64,000 bases of DNA from an uncultured virus (IMG/VR IMGVR_UViG_3300047320_000352) (IMGVR_UViG_3300047320_000352); one strand, 5' to 3'; numbered from the stretch's first letter, positions 8,885-19,381 are shown. Notes: generated by a model from the sequence alone, not told the origin. A program made the numbers and translations.

Positions 8885-9952
8885 ATGCTCCTGCGTAAAT
8901 TCTCGGAAATCGAGCAGTTCCGCCACGTCGTTGGCGATGTAACTCACAATGCCGAATACATCGGCCAGGACTCGAACAACGAGCCCATGTATGATGCGAG
9001 TCGCCGCAAGCCGGTGCTGACATTCAAGGGCACCGTCAAGCTGCACGGCAGCAACTGCGGCGTAGCCTTTGACGTACTCACCGGGGAGGTGGAGGCTCAG
9101 AGCCACTTCCGCTACCTGAGCGTCGAGGATGACAACTTCGGCTTCTGCGCGTGGATGAAGTCCCCGAGCGGCACAGCGGACTTGTGGAACCTGCGGCTTC
9201 TCATTCTCGCGGCGGCCCTTGAGCACGTGAGCCAGCCCATTCTGGCCATCCGCACGTTCGGAGAATGGTGCGGTGAGGGCATTTACGGCAAGACCGCTAT
9301 CGGCTATCTGCCTGTACGGTGGGTCGTATTTGGCGTGCTGATTACGCTCGCGGACGGGAGCGAAAAGTGGATTCCGGTCGACGAGGTGGCGGGAAAGTGG
9401 GCCGAGCATATCGTCGGCAAGGAAGGCTCACTCGTCCACTTCATCACGGACTTTCCGACGTACGCCATCGACATCGACTTCAACAACCCGGCCGCGAGTC
9501 TCGACGAGCTGGAGCGGTTGACGCTCGAGGTCGAAGCAGAGTGTCCGGTTGCGAAGGCGCGGGGTCTCAGCGGCATGGGTGAGGGCATCGTATGGGAATG
9601 CTTCCATCCGAAGCTCGGCCGCCTCACGTTCAAGACCAAGGGCGCCAAGCACAAAGGCACGAAGAACTCACGCATCGTCCAGATTGAACCCGAGGTGCTC
9701 GCGAGCATGGAGGCGTTCACGGACGCCGTGCTGACCGACAGCAGGCTCGAGCAGGGCTACGGGATTCTGCTTGCCGACCACGGTGAAGTTACCGAGAAGC
9801 ACATCGGCACATTCCTGAAGTGGGTGGGTCAGGACGTGCTCAAGGAAGAGACGGACACGATGGAAGCGAGCGGCCTCGAGCGCAAACAGGTGATGGGCCG
9901 CATTAACCATCGCGCGAAACAGTGGCTGATGCCGCGACTTGCGCGCGACTGA
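8885..9952 (+). CDS. RNA ligase, Rnl2-like
   Basis: Motif I KLHGSN, motif III FGEWCG, motif IV EGIVW, motif V FKTK, plus a C-terminal helical domain. Confidence 0.85.
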   Translation: MLLRKFSEIEQFRHVVGDVTHNAEYIGQDSNNEPMYDASRRKPVLTFKGTVKLHGSNCGVAFDVLTGEVEAQSHFRYLSVEDDNFGFCAWMKSPSGTADLWNLRLLILAAALEHVSQPILAIRTFGEWCGEGIYGKTAIGYLPVRWVVFGVLITLADGSEKWIPVDEVAGKWAEHIVGKEGSLVHFITDFPTYAIDIDFNNPAASLDELERLTLEVEAECPVAKARGLSGMGEGIVWECFHPKLGRLTFKTKGAKHKGTKNSRIVQIEPEVLASMEAFTDAVLTDSRLEQGYGILLADHGEVTEKHIGTFLKWVGQDVLKEETDTMEASGLERKQVMGRINHRAKQWLMPRLARD

Positions 9953-9979
9953 CACAAACAAACACACACGGGATTGCGT

Positions 9980-10993
9980 ATGTCACGCCCATATCTGCTC
10001 TCTGGTTCCTTTGCCTACGACACGGTTTTTTCGCATCCCCACGCATTCGGGGCTCGCATCAAGCCCGACGCCATCGACAAGCTGAACGCATCCTTTCAGC
10101 TCGATTCTGTGGTCGAGGCGTACGGCGGTTGCGCCGGCAACATCGCCTACAACGCGGCCCAACTCTGCGACAAGCCGATGCTTTTGGGCAACGTCGGCGC
10201 CGACGGTGAGCGATACCTGCGCCGCATCGAGAGCTGGGGCCTGGACGCATCCACAATCGGGGTTGTGCACGAACAGCCGACCGCGCACGCGTGGGTGCTC
10301 ACGGATAAAGATGGGAACCAGCTGACCTCGTTTTATGCGGGCGCAATGGCCACGCCGCTACAGTCAGTCCACAGCGGCGCGCTGCCGACCAGTATCTACG
10401 GCAAGGCGCCATCGCTTTGGCATATTGCGCCTGAAGACCCCGTCAACATGGTCAAGCTGGCGTCGACTGCGCGCGCTGTAGGCGCGGAATACCTCTTTGA
10501 CCCGGGGCAGGCATTACCGTCCTTGCTCAACAAGGACGCATCGCACATTTCGCCCCTGAGCGTCGTACTGCGGGAGGCAAAGGGCATTTTCCTGAACGAG
10601 TACGAGGCGGAGCTCCTGCGCTCGGAAGTCATTGACCTGAAGCATCTGCTGACCGGGAGCGACCAGTTCATTGTGCGCACGCGCGGTGCGAAGGGTGTCG
10701 ACCTTATCCGTCGGGATGGCCAGGTTTCCCTGCCGCCTGCGACGCCGGACAGGGTGCTGGACCCAACGGGATGCGGAGACGCCTTCCGCGCTGGCTTCCT
10801 TCACGCCTACACGCGCGGACACCGCCTCGAGGATTGCGTGGCGCTCGGCGCCGTCATGGGCGCGGTCGTGGTGGGCTGTGAGGGTGGCCAGAACTACATC
10901 GCTTCTCGCGAGGACCTCTATGCGCGTTGGAATAGCTATCGCGCGGTCGTGCTCGGCGCCATGGACGAAGTGCCGGTTGCAGACCTGGGCTGA
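9980..10993 (+). CDS. PfkB-family carbohydrate/nucleoside kinase (adenosine kinase-like)
   Basis: GGCAGNIAY, FDPGQ and DPTGCGDAFRAG signatures. Confidence 0.92.
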   Translation: MSRPYLLSGSFAYDTVFSHPHAFGARIKPDAIDKLNASFQLDSVVEAYGGCAGNIAYNAAQLCDKPMLLGNVGADGERYLRRIESWGLDASTIGVVHEQPTAHAWVLTDKDGNQLTSFYAGAMATPLQSVHSGALPTSIYGKAPSLWHIAPEDPVNMVKLASTARAVGAEYLFDPGQALPSLLNKDASHISPLSVVLREAKGIFLNEYEAELLRSEVIDLKHLLTGSDQFIVRTRGAKGVDLIRRDGQVSLPPATPDRVLDPTGCGDAFRAGFLHAYTRGHRLEDCVALGAVMGAVVVGCEGGQNYIASREDLYARWNSYRAVVLGAMDEVPVADLG

Positions 10994-11005
10994 CCAGAAA
11001 AGGAG

Positions 11006-11677
11006 ATGGACATGCATTGCAAGGTAATTCCAGTCATTCACTACGAGAACGACGCGCAGGCGATGCGCAACGCAGAGCGCGCATTTGACGCAGATTGCGA
11101 TGGCGTATTCCTGATTCACATGGACGGCGACAACGAGCTGCTCGCACCAATTGCGCGCCGTATCAAATCGCGCTGGACTGACCACCTCCTGGTGGGCATC
11201 AACTATCTGGGCATGGACCCCGCGAAGGCCGTACTCGCCAACATCGCAAACGGTCTCGACATGACCTGGACGGACGTGCAGCTTACGCACAGTTCGGCGG
11301 ACCCGTGGACGTACGCGGAGATGATTCAGACGGCGCTTGCGAAGCACCCGACGCATCTGGTCTTCGCCGGCGTTGCATTCAAGCATCAACGCCCGGAACC
11401 GAACCCGGAACTGGCGGCGCGCATGGCCGACAAATTCGGCTTCATCGCGACCACGAGCGGCTCGGCAACGGGTGTCGCCGCGGAGCTCGACAAGATTGCA
11501 CGGCTGCGCACGGCGCTGGGGGATGCGCCTCTGGCCATCGCAAGCGGCGTCACGCCCGAGAATGTGCACGAATACGCACCACACCTCAGCCACATCCTCG
11601 TCGCGACCGGTGTGTCCGAGTCGTTTCACGAGTTCGACTACGAAAAGTTGTACCGGTTGCGCAGTCTCTGCCAGTGA
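11006..11677 (+). CDS. BtpA/SgcQ-family TIM-barrel protein
   Basis: IPVIH, VGINYL, FAGVAFK, TSGSATG, LAIASGVTPENV and ILVATG motifs. Confidence 0.75.
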   Translation: MDMHCKVIPVIHYENDAQAMRNAERAFDADCDGVFLIHMDGDNELLAPIARRIKSRWTDHLLVGINYLGMDPAKAVLANIANGLDMTWTDVQLTHSSADPWTYAEMIQTALAKHPTHLVFAGVAFKHQRPEPNPELAARMADKFGFIATTSGSATGVAAELDKIARLRTALGDAPLAIASGVTPENVHEYAPHLSHILVATGVSESFHEFDYEKLYRLRSLCQ

Positions 11678-11697
11678 TTGACGGTCTGTGAAGTTAC

Positions 11698-11725
11698 TTG
11701 CAAAAAACGAATAAGGTGGTATAAT
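11698..11725 (+). promoter_or_regulatory. sigma70-type promoter
   Basis: TTGCAA-16-TATAAT with TG extension. Confidence 0.7.
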
Positions 11726-11751
11726 GCAAGGAACTTTTCAAGGACTGTCAC

Positions 11752-12174
11752 ATGGACAACACCCTTCCTCGTCCCACATCTGAATGGCAGCACAGCAACG
11801 GCGTCCTTTACGTCGTGCTGTGCATTGCCAACGAATTCACCGAGCAACCTGACCGCTATCCGCAGACCGTCGTCTACATGGGGCTGAACGGTCGCGTGTG
11901 GTCACGCCCTGCTACGGACTGGCACCGCTCCATGACGCTGGTGCGAGATGCCGCCGACGCGCCGGCGGAGCAGGCGCAAGACTCGCAGTACGACCCGAGC
12001 CGCCCGGTGTCAGCCTCGAACCTGCCTGACAGCATGAGAATCACGCCGGATGCGGCGAAGACGTTTCTGTCGCGCTGGCGCGCCGTTATTCAGGAACTGC
12101 CGGTCAGCCGCATTGCGCGTGCTCGCGGCCTGCCGGGTACGATTGTGGGCGAGCCGGATGGTGAAAGCGAATGA
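11752..12174 (+). CDS. DUF1653-like protein
   Basis: WQHSNGVLYVVLCIA...VVYMGLNGRVWSRP pattern. Confidence 0.6.
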   Translation: MDNTLPRPTSEWQHSNGVLYVVLCIANEFTEQPDRYPQTVVYMGLNGRVWSRPATDWHRSMTLVRDAADAPAEQAQDSQYDPSRPVSASNLPDSMRITPDAAKTFLSRWRAVIQELPVSRIARARGLPGTIVGEPDGESE

Positions 12175-12383
12175 AGGATGGCCGCGATACCCCGCAGGTC
12201 GCGGCGTCGGCCGTACCCGAATGCCCGGTTTTTGACCCCTATAGCCACGCGCGACCATTCGAAGACCGGCGGTTTCCTGCCGGCGGTGACAAGCCGTTCA
12301 CTCGCTGGCGCGATGTCGAGCCAAAGCAGGTCCACGACCGTGATTTTGTTGCGCCCAGCGCGACCGATGGAGCCATGGCATGA
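12171..12383 (+). CDS. hypothetical protein
   Basis: ATGA overlaps at both ends. Confidence 0.55.
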   Translation: MKDGRDTPQVAASAVPECPVFDPYSHARPFEDRRFPAGGDKPFTRWRDVEPKQVHDRDFVAPSATDGAMA

Positions 12384-12811
12384 AGGACATCGAAGTCAAC
12401 GTATTTGACAAGCCATCGGGCAACATCATTGCGCTCGTGAATGGCTCGGTAGCGGCAGAAAGCGGTCGGCGCGCTGCGCTCTGCACGGCCAACGCCATCA
12501 TTTTCACGGACCGGTCGCCGGACGTCACCGTCAACACGTCGCGCGGCCTGAGCCTGGCTTCGCTTGCGCAGACCATCGACATGTTGCAACGCTTCGAGGC
12601 CAAGGTGCGTGACCTGGCTGCGGCCTATGGCCCGAGCGGAACGCTTTCCGAGCCGTCCAAGGCGGCTGCGATTGCGAGTGCCGCGAACGTGCTGGTGCGA
12701 CATCACCTGGATTCTGTCGAGGTGCATCCTTGCGACGAGCACAACGACGATGTGCGGGCAGCCCGCTGTATCAAGGAAATTCAAGACATGCACGCGGCAC
12801 TTCAGCGCTGA
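12380..12811 (+). CDS. hypothetical protein
   Basis: Translationally coupled ORF. Confidence 0.7.
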   Translation: MKDIEVNVFDKPSGNIIALVNGSVAAESGRRAALCTANAIIFTDRSPDVTVNTSRGLSLASLAQTIDMLQRFEAKVRDLAAAYGPSGTLSEPSKAAAIASAANVLVRHHLDSVEVHPCDEHNDDVRAARCIKEIQDMHAALQR

Positions 12812-12857
12812 ACCTATACCGGATAGCAGCGTTTTGCTGTTAACCTGAGGACATATC

Positions 12858-13259
12858 ATGCTGAAAGCCGACTTCGCAATTCTGGCGCAGGTGCGTCACC
12901 AACCGGTAACGGTCCGCGCGCGTGACCTGGCCGACCAGACCCCGCGCACGCTCGCACACGGATTCACCAACAAAGGCACCTTCCACGTCTACCTCGCGGC
13001 AGATGGAATTCACAAAGTGGTATATCAAAATACGGTGCCGGCCGTGCTGCTGTCGCACAAGCACGAACGCGACGGACTGCAGCCGAGTGAATGCGTACCG
13101 AACGGGCATCTCTACCCGGAAGCGTGCGACTTCGCGTTCTGTACTCTGCTCAAGACCCGTGGTGTCGAGCTGCCATTCCTGGAATGGAATGACCGCCAGA
13201 TGGTCCGGCGCTATCACGCCCAGATTCTGGACGAGCTGGCAACCGGCCTCGCTGCGTGA
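12858..13259 (+). CDS. hypothetical protein
   Basis: GAGG RBS; CTATAC motif 38 nt upstream. Confidence 0.75.
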   Translation: MLKADFAILAQVRHQPVTVRARDLADQTPRTLAHGFTNKGTFHVYLAADGIHKVVYQNTVPAVLLSHKHERDGLQPSECVPNGHLYPEACDFAFCTLLKTRGVELPFLEWNDRQMVRRYHAQILDELATGLAA

Positions 13260-13283
13260 CCCGACCCTACAAGGAACCATGCC

Positions 13284-13463
13284 GTGAACATCAACCAGGC
13301 CATTGAGCGGCTTCAACAGCGCAAGGAAGAGTTCGGTGGAGATACCGACCTGACCACGCTGGAGTACGCCGGCGGCGATGACCGCCCGTGCGACGTCGTG
13401 GACTTCGAGTATGACAACGAGACCGGCTCGCTTCGCATCCGGACCCGTTTCCAGCCGCGATAG
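13284..13463 (+). CDS. small acidic hypothetical protein (59 aa, not in the ORF track)
   Basis: AAGGA RBS, GTG start, [19 protein letters not shown]...QPR, followed by a terminator. Confidence 0.65.
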   Translation: MNINQAIERLQQRKEEFGGDTDLTTLEYAGGDDRPCDVVDFEYDNETGSLRIRTRFQPR

Positions 13464-13482
13464 TTTCCTTTCTCTTCTCCAG

Positions 13483-13512
13483 AAGCCGCAGATTCTTTCT
13501 GCGGCTTTTTTT
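13483..13512 (+). terminator. Rho-independent terminator
   Basis: AAGCCGCAGA/TCTGCGGCTT stem followed by a T-run. Confidence 0.85.
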
Positions 13513-13645
13513 CGTCTGGAAACTATCAATTTCCCCACGCTTGGCTAAAGATTTTCGAACATCTGCCGTTATTTTTGGCCATGCCGGGGCGCACCTCAAC
13601 CATTTCCGTGGTCGGTGGGTGTGCTTACACACTGTTGAGGAAGTA

Positions 13646-15235
13646 ATGAAGTTGCAGGACATCTCCGTCGCAAGGAAGTTTTTGGCGTCAAACATCGTTG
13701 TTCTCGTGATTCTCAGCCTTGCGGGCCTATGGCTTGAGCATTCTGTTTCCGCGGCCCAGAAAGAGGCGACTTCCCAGGTCGAGCAGATTGAGCGCGTGAT
13801 AACGCTGGGCACCGAGTGGAAAGGGCTATCGGATGCGACGACACAGCGTGTGATAACAGCAGCGCTGCTCACCGAAGCCCCGTCGTTCGCACAAAAACTT
13901 GACTTCGAAGCTAACCGCGGCATCAAAGCCATCTCCACTTTGCAGGAGGAGCTGAAGAAAACGGCCAACAAATCGGGCGACCAGGAAGCGATTGCCCGAA
14001 TCGGGGACCTGCGCCAAACCGTGCTGTCGGACCTGAAAAATATGGCCGAGCTTAAGGCGGCCGGAAATTCGCAAGAGCTGCAGGCGTTCATCGAAGGGCG
14101 GTTGATGGCCGACCTCGGGCCCTATTTTGAGCTGCTCGACAGGTTCGTCAGCATGCAGGAGCAGCACCGCGTGCACGCCAAGAAGGCGGCCGCCGCGGCG
14201 ACTCGCACGGCGGAAGTTACCAGCTATAGTCTGATGGTTCTGGCCGCGGTAGGCAGCTTCCTGTGGATGTGGATGCTGTCCCGCTCTATCGTGGTCCCAC
14301 TGCAGCGCGCAGTCGGAGTGGCCAACGCCATTGCTGCAGGTGACCTGACGCAGACCCTGACTGTCGATGACCGCAAGGATGAGGTCGGCGCCCTGATGAC
14401 GTCACTTGGTGCAATGAACGCCCGGTTGCGGCGCGTGGTCTCGGAGGTGCGCCGCGGGGTCGAGACAGTCAGCACAGCTTCATCCGAAATAGCGGCCAGC
14501 AACGCCGACCATTCCCTGCGTACCGAGCGCGCGGCCGCTAATCTGCAGGAGGCGGCAGCCTCTATGGAGGAACTCACGGGTGTCGTCTCGCACTCGGCCG
14601 ATTCCGCGCGGCAGGCGAGCACGCTGGTCAACTCGGCGGCGCAGGCGGCGCGCCGGGGACACGAAGTCGTCGACCAGGTGGTCGCGCGTATGAATGATAT
14701 ATCAGATAGTTCGCATAAAATATCAGAAATTACCAGCACCATCGACGGTATTGCGTTCCAGACCAATCTTCTCGCGCTCAATGCTGCCGTTGAAGCGGCG
14801 CGTGCCGGGGCACAGGGAAAAGGCTTTGCCGTGGTAGCATCCGAGGTTCGGGCGTTAGCCTCTCGCAGTGCAGAGGCGGCCAAGCAAATCAAGGCGCTTA
14901 TCGCAGCCTCCGTAGATAAAGTGGACACCGGAGCGGCTCTTGTGGCCCAGACAGGCGAGGTAATGTCCGAGATTGTCCTGAGCGTAAAACGCGCGACGGA
15001 TATGATGAACGAAATCTCGGCTGCGACGACTGAGCAGCTCGAAGGTATTACCCAGGTCAACAGGTCTGTCACTCATCTGGACGAGGTAACGCAGCAGAAT
15101 GCCGCACTCGTCGAACAGTCGGTGGCCGCGGCGACGTCGCTGCGAGACCAGGCAACGAATCTTTTTGACCTGGTTGGAATTTTCAATGTTGGCGCGGACG
15201 TTCGTTCACAGAATCCTGGCGGACCGGGGGAGTAA
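13646..15235 (+). CDS. methyl-accepting chemotaxis protein
   Basis: Two TM segments, [24 protein letters not shown]...[10 protein letters not shown] signalling hairpin. Confidence 0.95.
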   Translation: MKLQDISVARKFLASNIVVLVILSLAGLWLEHSVSAAQKEATSQVEQIERVITLGTEWKGLSDATTQRVITAALLTEAPSFAQKLDFEANRGIKAISTLQEELKKTANKSGDQEAIARIGDLRQTVLSDLKNMAELKAAGNSQELQAFIEGRLMADLGPYFELLDRFVSMQEQHRVHAKKAAAAATRTAEVTSYSLMVLAAVGSFLWMWMLSRSIVVPLQRAVGVANAIAAGDLTQTLTVDDRKDEVGALMTSLGAMNARLRRVVSEVRRGVETVSTASSEIAASNADHSLRTERAAANLQEAAASMEELTGVVSHSADSARQASTLVNSAAQAARRGHEVVDQVVARMNDISDSSHKISEITSTIDGIAFQTNLLALNAAVEAARAGAQGKGFAVVASEVRALASRSAEAAKQIKALIAASVDKVDTGAALVAQTGEVMSEIVLSVKRATDMMNEISAATTEQLEGITQVNRSVTHLDEVTQQNAALVEQSVAAATSLRDQATNLFDLVGIFNVGADVRSQNPGGPGE

Positions 15236-15308
15236 GTAGCGGGCTGCTGCGTCCGGAGACAGACGCCGGCCGGCGGCTGGCGGCACACTCGAATTTCATC
15301 AAGACAAC

Positions 15309-16787
15309 ATGAAGAAAGCAAAGCTGTTTGAACTCCTGCGGGAACGTACCCGGGAACGCGGAGAGTTTCCAGCGCTCAAGAAAGCGCTCAGCGCCATCGC
15401 CGAGTCGATGAATGACGAAAAGGCGAGCAACGCCGAGCTAGCGGCCACCGTGCTGGGTGATTTCACGCTTACCCAGAAGGTTCTGAAGCTTGCCAACTCG
15501 GCGACGTACCACGCCTACGCGCGGGACGTGACCACCGTGTCGCGGGCCCTGCTTATTCTCGGTTCGGCCACGGTGGCCTACACGGCCATAAACATTCAGC
15601 TGATTGATACCTTCGAAGGCCTGGCCGAGTCGCGTGTGGAAGCGACCGAAGAGCTGACGATGGCCTCTTTTGCCGGCAAGCTTGCCAGAGAGTTCGCGAC
15701 CAAGAGCGGTGAGGCTTTCGGAGAGGAAGCGGCCGTCGCCACCCTCCTGTATCAACTGGCCCGACTGCTGGTCGTCTTCTATTTCCCGGAGGAGTGGGAG
15801 CGTATTCGTGAGCTGCTCAAGCTGGGGCTCGGCGAAGAGGATGCTTTTCTTCAGGTATTGGGAGTCACCCCGGACGAGCTGAGCGAAGAGACCCTAAAAG
15901 AATGGTCTTTACCGCATCAAGTCATCCATAAGTCGGCGGCCCGACCCAAGGCGCCAGGTCAGCTCGTGGCCAATCATGCTGAATATCTGGCCTGTCTAGC
16001 GGGGTTGTCTACTGAGCTTTCTCAGGAGCTAACGCGCGGTGGAGATGAGGCACGCGTGCAGGCGGTGCTGCAGACCTATGCTCCCTCGCTGGGGCAGGAC
16101 CCGATAGAGCTTGAGCAACTGGCTCGCGAGATGTTTGCAGCCGAGACACGGGAAAAAGAGCCGCAGGAAAAAGTTGAATTGCCAAGCCTGTCTGGAGGCA
16201 AGCCACTGGACGCAGAAATGCGTCTGGGCACGGCCGTAGAAGAGTTGGCGTCGACCGCGAAAGGCACAGAAGTCTCGTCGCTGACACAGATGGTTCTGGA
16301 ATCCATGATGCAGGGCCTGGGCCTTGCCACGTGTGTCGCCTTCTTCCGAATACCGGCGAAGCAAAACTTTGAGGCGCGACTTGGGTTCGGAATGGCCAAG
16401 GACAGTCTTCCAAAGATGGCTTTTGAAGAAGCATTTGTGCCGGACATCTTCCATCTCGCGTTGGCTCAAGGCCGCTCGATTTTCATGGACGAAATCCATA
16501 ACTCAAAGAATGATTCACGCATTCCGGAGTGGCACAAAAAAGTGTTCCCCAATGTGCGTTCAGTCTTGCTGGTGCCGCTTCAACTGAACGACCGCGCTAT
16601 CGGACTGCTCTATGGAAACTGGGGCGAGCAGAGCTGCTCGAGTTTGAGCGACCAGGAATATGAGCATCTGCATGCGATGCGCAACATGGTGTCCACGGCC
16701 TTCGAAGAAGCGCTGAAGGCCCCACTGGGGGCCTTCTCTTTGATTGACGCGACCCAGAGAAAACGGGGCCGCAAGCCAACGGTTTAA
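15309..16787 (+). CDS. HDOD domain protein with C-terminal GAF-like domain
   Basis: DFTLTQKVLKLANSA...TTVSRALLILG (HDOD); SVLLVPLQLNDRAIGLLY (GAF). Confidence 0.85.
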   Translation: MKKAKLFELLRERTRERGEFPALKKALSAIAESMNDEKASNAELAATVLGDFTLTQKVLKLANSATYHAYARDVTTVSRALLILGSATVAYTAINIQLIDTFEGLAESRVEATEELTMASFAGKLAREFATKSGEAFGEEAAVATLLYQLARLLVVFYFPEEWERIRELLKLGLGEEDAFLQVLGVTPDELSEETLKEWSLPHQVIHKSAARPKAPGQLVANHAEYLACLAGLSTELSQELTRGGDEARVQAVLQTYAPSLGQDPIELEQLAREMFAAETREKEPQEKVELPSLSGGKPLDAEMRLGTAVEELASTAKGTEVSSLTQMVLESMMQGLGLATCVAFFRIPAKQNFEARLGFGMAKDSLPKMAFEEAFVPDIFHLALAQGRSIFMDEIHNSKNDSRIPEWHKKVFPNVRSVLLVPLQLNDRAIGLLYGNWGEQSCSSLSDQEYEHLHAMRNMVSTAFEEALKAPLGAFSLIDATQRKRGRKPTV

Positions 16788-16826
16788 CGCGCGGGATGGT
16801 CGAGCCGGCGTCCGCCGGCCGACAGC

Positions 16827-17411
16827 TCAGGCGGGGCGCTTGTCAATGACCTTGTCGACGAGACCATACTCCATGGCGCCGGGGGCGCTCATGTAGCAGT
16901 CACGGTCTGTATCCTGCTCGATACGTTCGAGGGGCTGGCCGGTGCGCTCGGCAAGAATGCGATTCAGGTCCCCCTTCAGGCGCAGGATTTCACGCGCCGT
17001 GATTTCGATGTCACTCGCCTGGCCCTGGGCACCGCCCAGCGGCTGGTGAATCATCACGCGAGCGTTCGGCAGAGCATAGCGCTTGCCTTTCGCGCCGGCG
17101 GCGAGCAGGAATGCGCCCATGCTGGCGGCCATACCCATACACAGCGTCGAGACATCCGGCTTGACGAACTGCATAGTGTCGAAAATGGCGAGCCCAGCGC
17201 TCACGCTTCCGCCCGGCGAGTTGACGTAGAGGAAGATGTCCTTGTCCGGGTTGACGCTCTCGAGATAGAGCAGCTGGGCAACCACGAGATTGGCGGACTG
17301 GTCGTTCACCTGGCCGTTGAGAAAGACGATGCGTTCCTTGAGCAGGCGGCTGTAGATGTCATAGGCGCGTTCGCCACGGCCGGACTGTTCGACAACGGTT
17401 GGGACCAGCAT
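16827..17411 (-). CDS. clpP: ATP-dependent Clp protease proteolytic subunit
   Basis: [45 protein letters not shown] and MIHQP motifs. Confidence 0.97.
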   Translation of the reverse strand: MLVPTVVEQSGRGERAYDIYSRLLKERIVFLNGQVNDQSANLVVAQLLYLESVNPDKDIFLYVNSPGGSVSAGLAIFDTMQFVKPDVSTLCMGMAASMGAFLLAAGAKGKRYALPNARVMIHQPLGGAQGQASDIEITAREILRLKGDLNRILAERTGQPLERIEQDTDRDCYMSAPGAMEYGLVDKVIDKRPA

Positions 17412-17519
17412 GAATATGTCCTTGCGGTGATAGTTAACAACGATGGTGAATAGTCTACCATAAAAAACAACATAATTCCACATCGAGCAATAGTTAACCT
17501 TGTCCGGAAGGACATCCCT

Positions 17520-17774
17520 TCACTTTGCGTAGGCCTGGACCATTTCCAGGGCCTGAGACCAGTCCTGTGCGTAATGGTCGTCCTCGTACGGGTCATGGCC
17601 GGCAAATCCGCGGGGCGGCCATACGTTGAAGCCACTGTCGATGGGCTCGATTTCGATGTCGTGCTCTTTCGCCAGCGCCTTGGCGGTCTCCCGGGCCTTG
17701 CGATGTGTGTCCGGTCGGCGCGCAGCTGGCGCCTTGAACGTGCGCGAAATCATACTGGAGAGGGTTTTCGGCAT
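17520..17774 (-). CDS. hypothetical protein
   Basis: 84-aa ORF upstream of clpP. Confidence 0.65.
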   Translation of the reverse strand: MPKTLSSMISRTFKAPAARRPDTHRKARETAKALAKEHDIEIEPIDSGFNVWPPRGFAGHDPYEDDHYAQDWSQALEMVQAYAK

Positions 17775-17780
17775 CGCGGA

Positions 17781-17933
17781 TTACGCTTTATTAACGTTGA
17801 GCCCGTCGGCCACGCGCTGGGCCAGCTCCTTCGAGCCGCTCACATGGATGCTGACGTTGTCGTCAGTGCCGTTCTCATCGTACAGCAGCCATTTGCCGGC
17901 GTCCTGCACGTCATCCACTATCCAGTGTTCCAT
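17781..17933 (-). CDS. small hypothetical protein (50 aa, not in the ORF track)
   Basis: GGAGG RBS; MEHWIVDDVQDAGKWLLYDE...; promoter TTGACT-17-TATAGT at 17995-17967. Confidence 0.65.
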   Translation of the reverse strand: MEHWIVDDVQDAGKWLLYDENGTDDNVSIHVSGSKELAQRVADGLNVNKA

Positions 17934-18162
17934 AGGGCCTCCAAGCGCGCCAATGAGAGAAATGACACTATAGTAATAAATATCGTTGAAGTCAAATTAT
18001 CCTACCAGTTGGCCCGTTTTTGAGTTCGCCCCACGATACAGTGGGCTGCAAAGGCCAGGTGAACGGACGGCTCAGACTTTGTCGCGTTTTGCGAAAAAGA
18101 CTCGGTAATACGGATGTTTTGTGATATACTGAACTCATCGTAAATCACATCAGGACACGAAC

Positions 18163-18531
18163 ATGTCGCACGCAGGAATGACCACTGCGCATCCGGACTG
18201 GCTGGGCCAGGTCAAGGAAGTCAATGTCACGCCGGAACACGCTGAAGGCCGCTCGGAAACGGGGGCGGTGCTGGCCGCGGTGGCGGACACAATGGACCAG
18301 GAGAACGAACCGTTTGCTGCCGGCGAGGTGATGGGTGTCGAAATCGACAAAGGGCCGGTCGGCGGACTCGCCTTCGCCATGATGGTGTCAACGGGGTGCG
18401 TCAATGACGACTTGCAACGAATTGCGAATGCGTTTGCGGTGACACCCAAGGATATTTCGCTGATGTCTCCGGGCGTGTTGCTGAAGCAGGGACCGTTTAC
18501 GGGTCTGGGTCACATCACGCCTCTTCGCTGA
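18163..18531 (+). CDS. hypothetical protein
   Basis: AGGA RBS; TGATATACT at 18122-18130. Confidence 0.7.
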   Translation: MSHAGMTTAHPDWLGQVKEVNVTPEHAEGRSETGAVLAAVADTMDQENEPFAAGEVMGVEIDKGPVGGLAFAMMVSTGCVNDDLQRIANAFAVTPKDISLMSPGVLLKQGPFTGLGHITPLR

Positions 18532-18541
18532 GGTCACGTTC

Positions 18542-18778
18542 ATGAAAAAGATAACGCTCGACGAAATGATTGCCGAACTGCAGAAGCAGAAGGACGCTGG
18601 CGTCGCAGGCGAAACGGTCCTGGCGCTGCCGGGCACCGACAACAACGCGCGCGGCGGCTTCGTCAACTTCGAAGTGAAGCCGCATCTGGTGTCCGTCGCA
18701 AAGACCGACTACGAAAAAGGTTGGACCATCGCGAAGGTCGTGTCACAGCGCGGCGTTCAGGTTCTGGTGCTGGGTTAA
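18542..18778 (+). CDS. hypothetical protein
   Basis: GAGG RBS; operonic spacing. Confidence 0.7.
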   Translation: MKKITLDEMIAELQKQKDAGVAGETVLALPGTDNNARGGFVNFEVKPHLVSVAKTDYEKGWTIAKVVSQRGVQVLVLG

Positions 18779-18789
18779 GGAGAGTCAGG

Positions 18790-19119
18790 ATGGGCTTCAG
18801 AACTGTGGTGCTGCTCGAAAACGACCGGGCATCCGAGTGGGAAAACGACCCGACACTGGGCAAGAAAATCGTGCACGCATCGATGTTTGCATCGGCGCGC
18901 ATCGAAGCCAGCGACAAAGCATCGTTCGTCGGCGGCCGCGTGCTCGAATGCACGCACGCTGACACGCAGACCCTGGCCGTGCTCGACAGCTACAACATGG
19001 ATGCGCTGGCGCATTCGAACTGGCAACGAGGGCAAACCGCTGAAGATGTCGCTATCCAACTGCTGCGCCAGGCGGCCGACAAGCTCGGTTACACGCTCTC
19101 GAAGAAACCGACGCGATGA
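18790..19119 (+). CDS. hypothetical protein
   Basis: AAGGAG RBS; starts MGFRTVVLLEND. Confidence 0.75.
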   Translation: MGFRTVVLLENDRASEWENDPTLGKKIVHASMFASARIEASDKASFVGGRVLECTHADTQTLAVLDSYNMDALAHSNWQRGQTAEDVAIQLLRQAADKLGYTLSKKPTR

Positions 19120-19174
19120 CATGTGCGGCTCCCGCTCACACCGGGCAGTCGTCGCGTAAATAGAGGAAAAAGCT

Positions 19175-19381
19175 ATGTACACCGTCGTTGTTGAAGTCAA
19201 GGTCGTGAATACCGAGGGCGAGGTGGTCGACCATCACGGCTGGCCGCACATGAATCCAGAACGCAAGTTCTCGCCGCTCAGGGCAGAGCAACGCTTCGTC
19301 ACGTTCGAAGACGTCGAGAAAGCGCACAAGGCGATGAATGATGTGCACCGCCTCGTTGGCGCTGCCAAAGAACTCGTTTAA
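19175..19381 (+). CDS. hypothetical protein
   Basis: GAGG RBS. Confidence 0.7.
   Translation: MYTVVVEVKVVNTEGEVVDHHGWPHMNPERKFSPLRAEQRFVTFEDVEKAHKAMNDVHRLVGAAKELV

Noticed and set aside
16827..17411. ClpP as a phage prohead protease
   Set aside because: The sequence is housekeeping-type ClpP, and no portal or capsid genes are adjacent.
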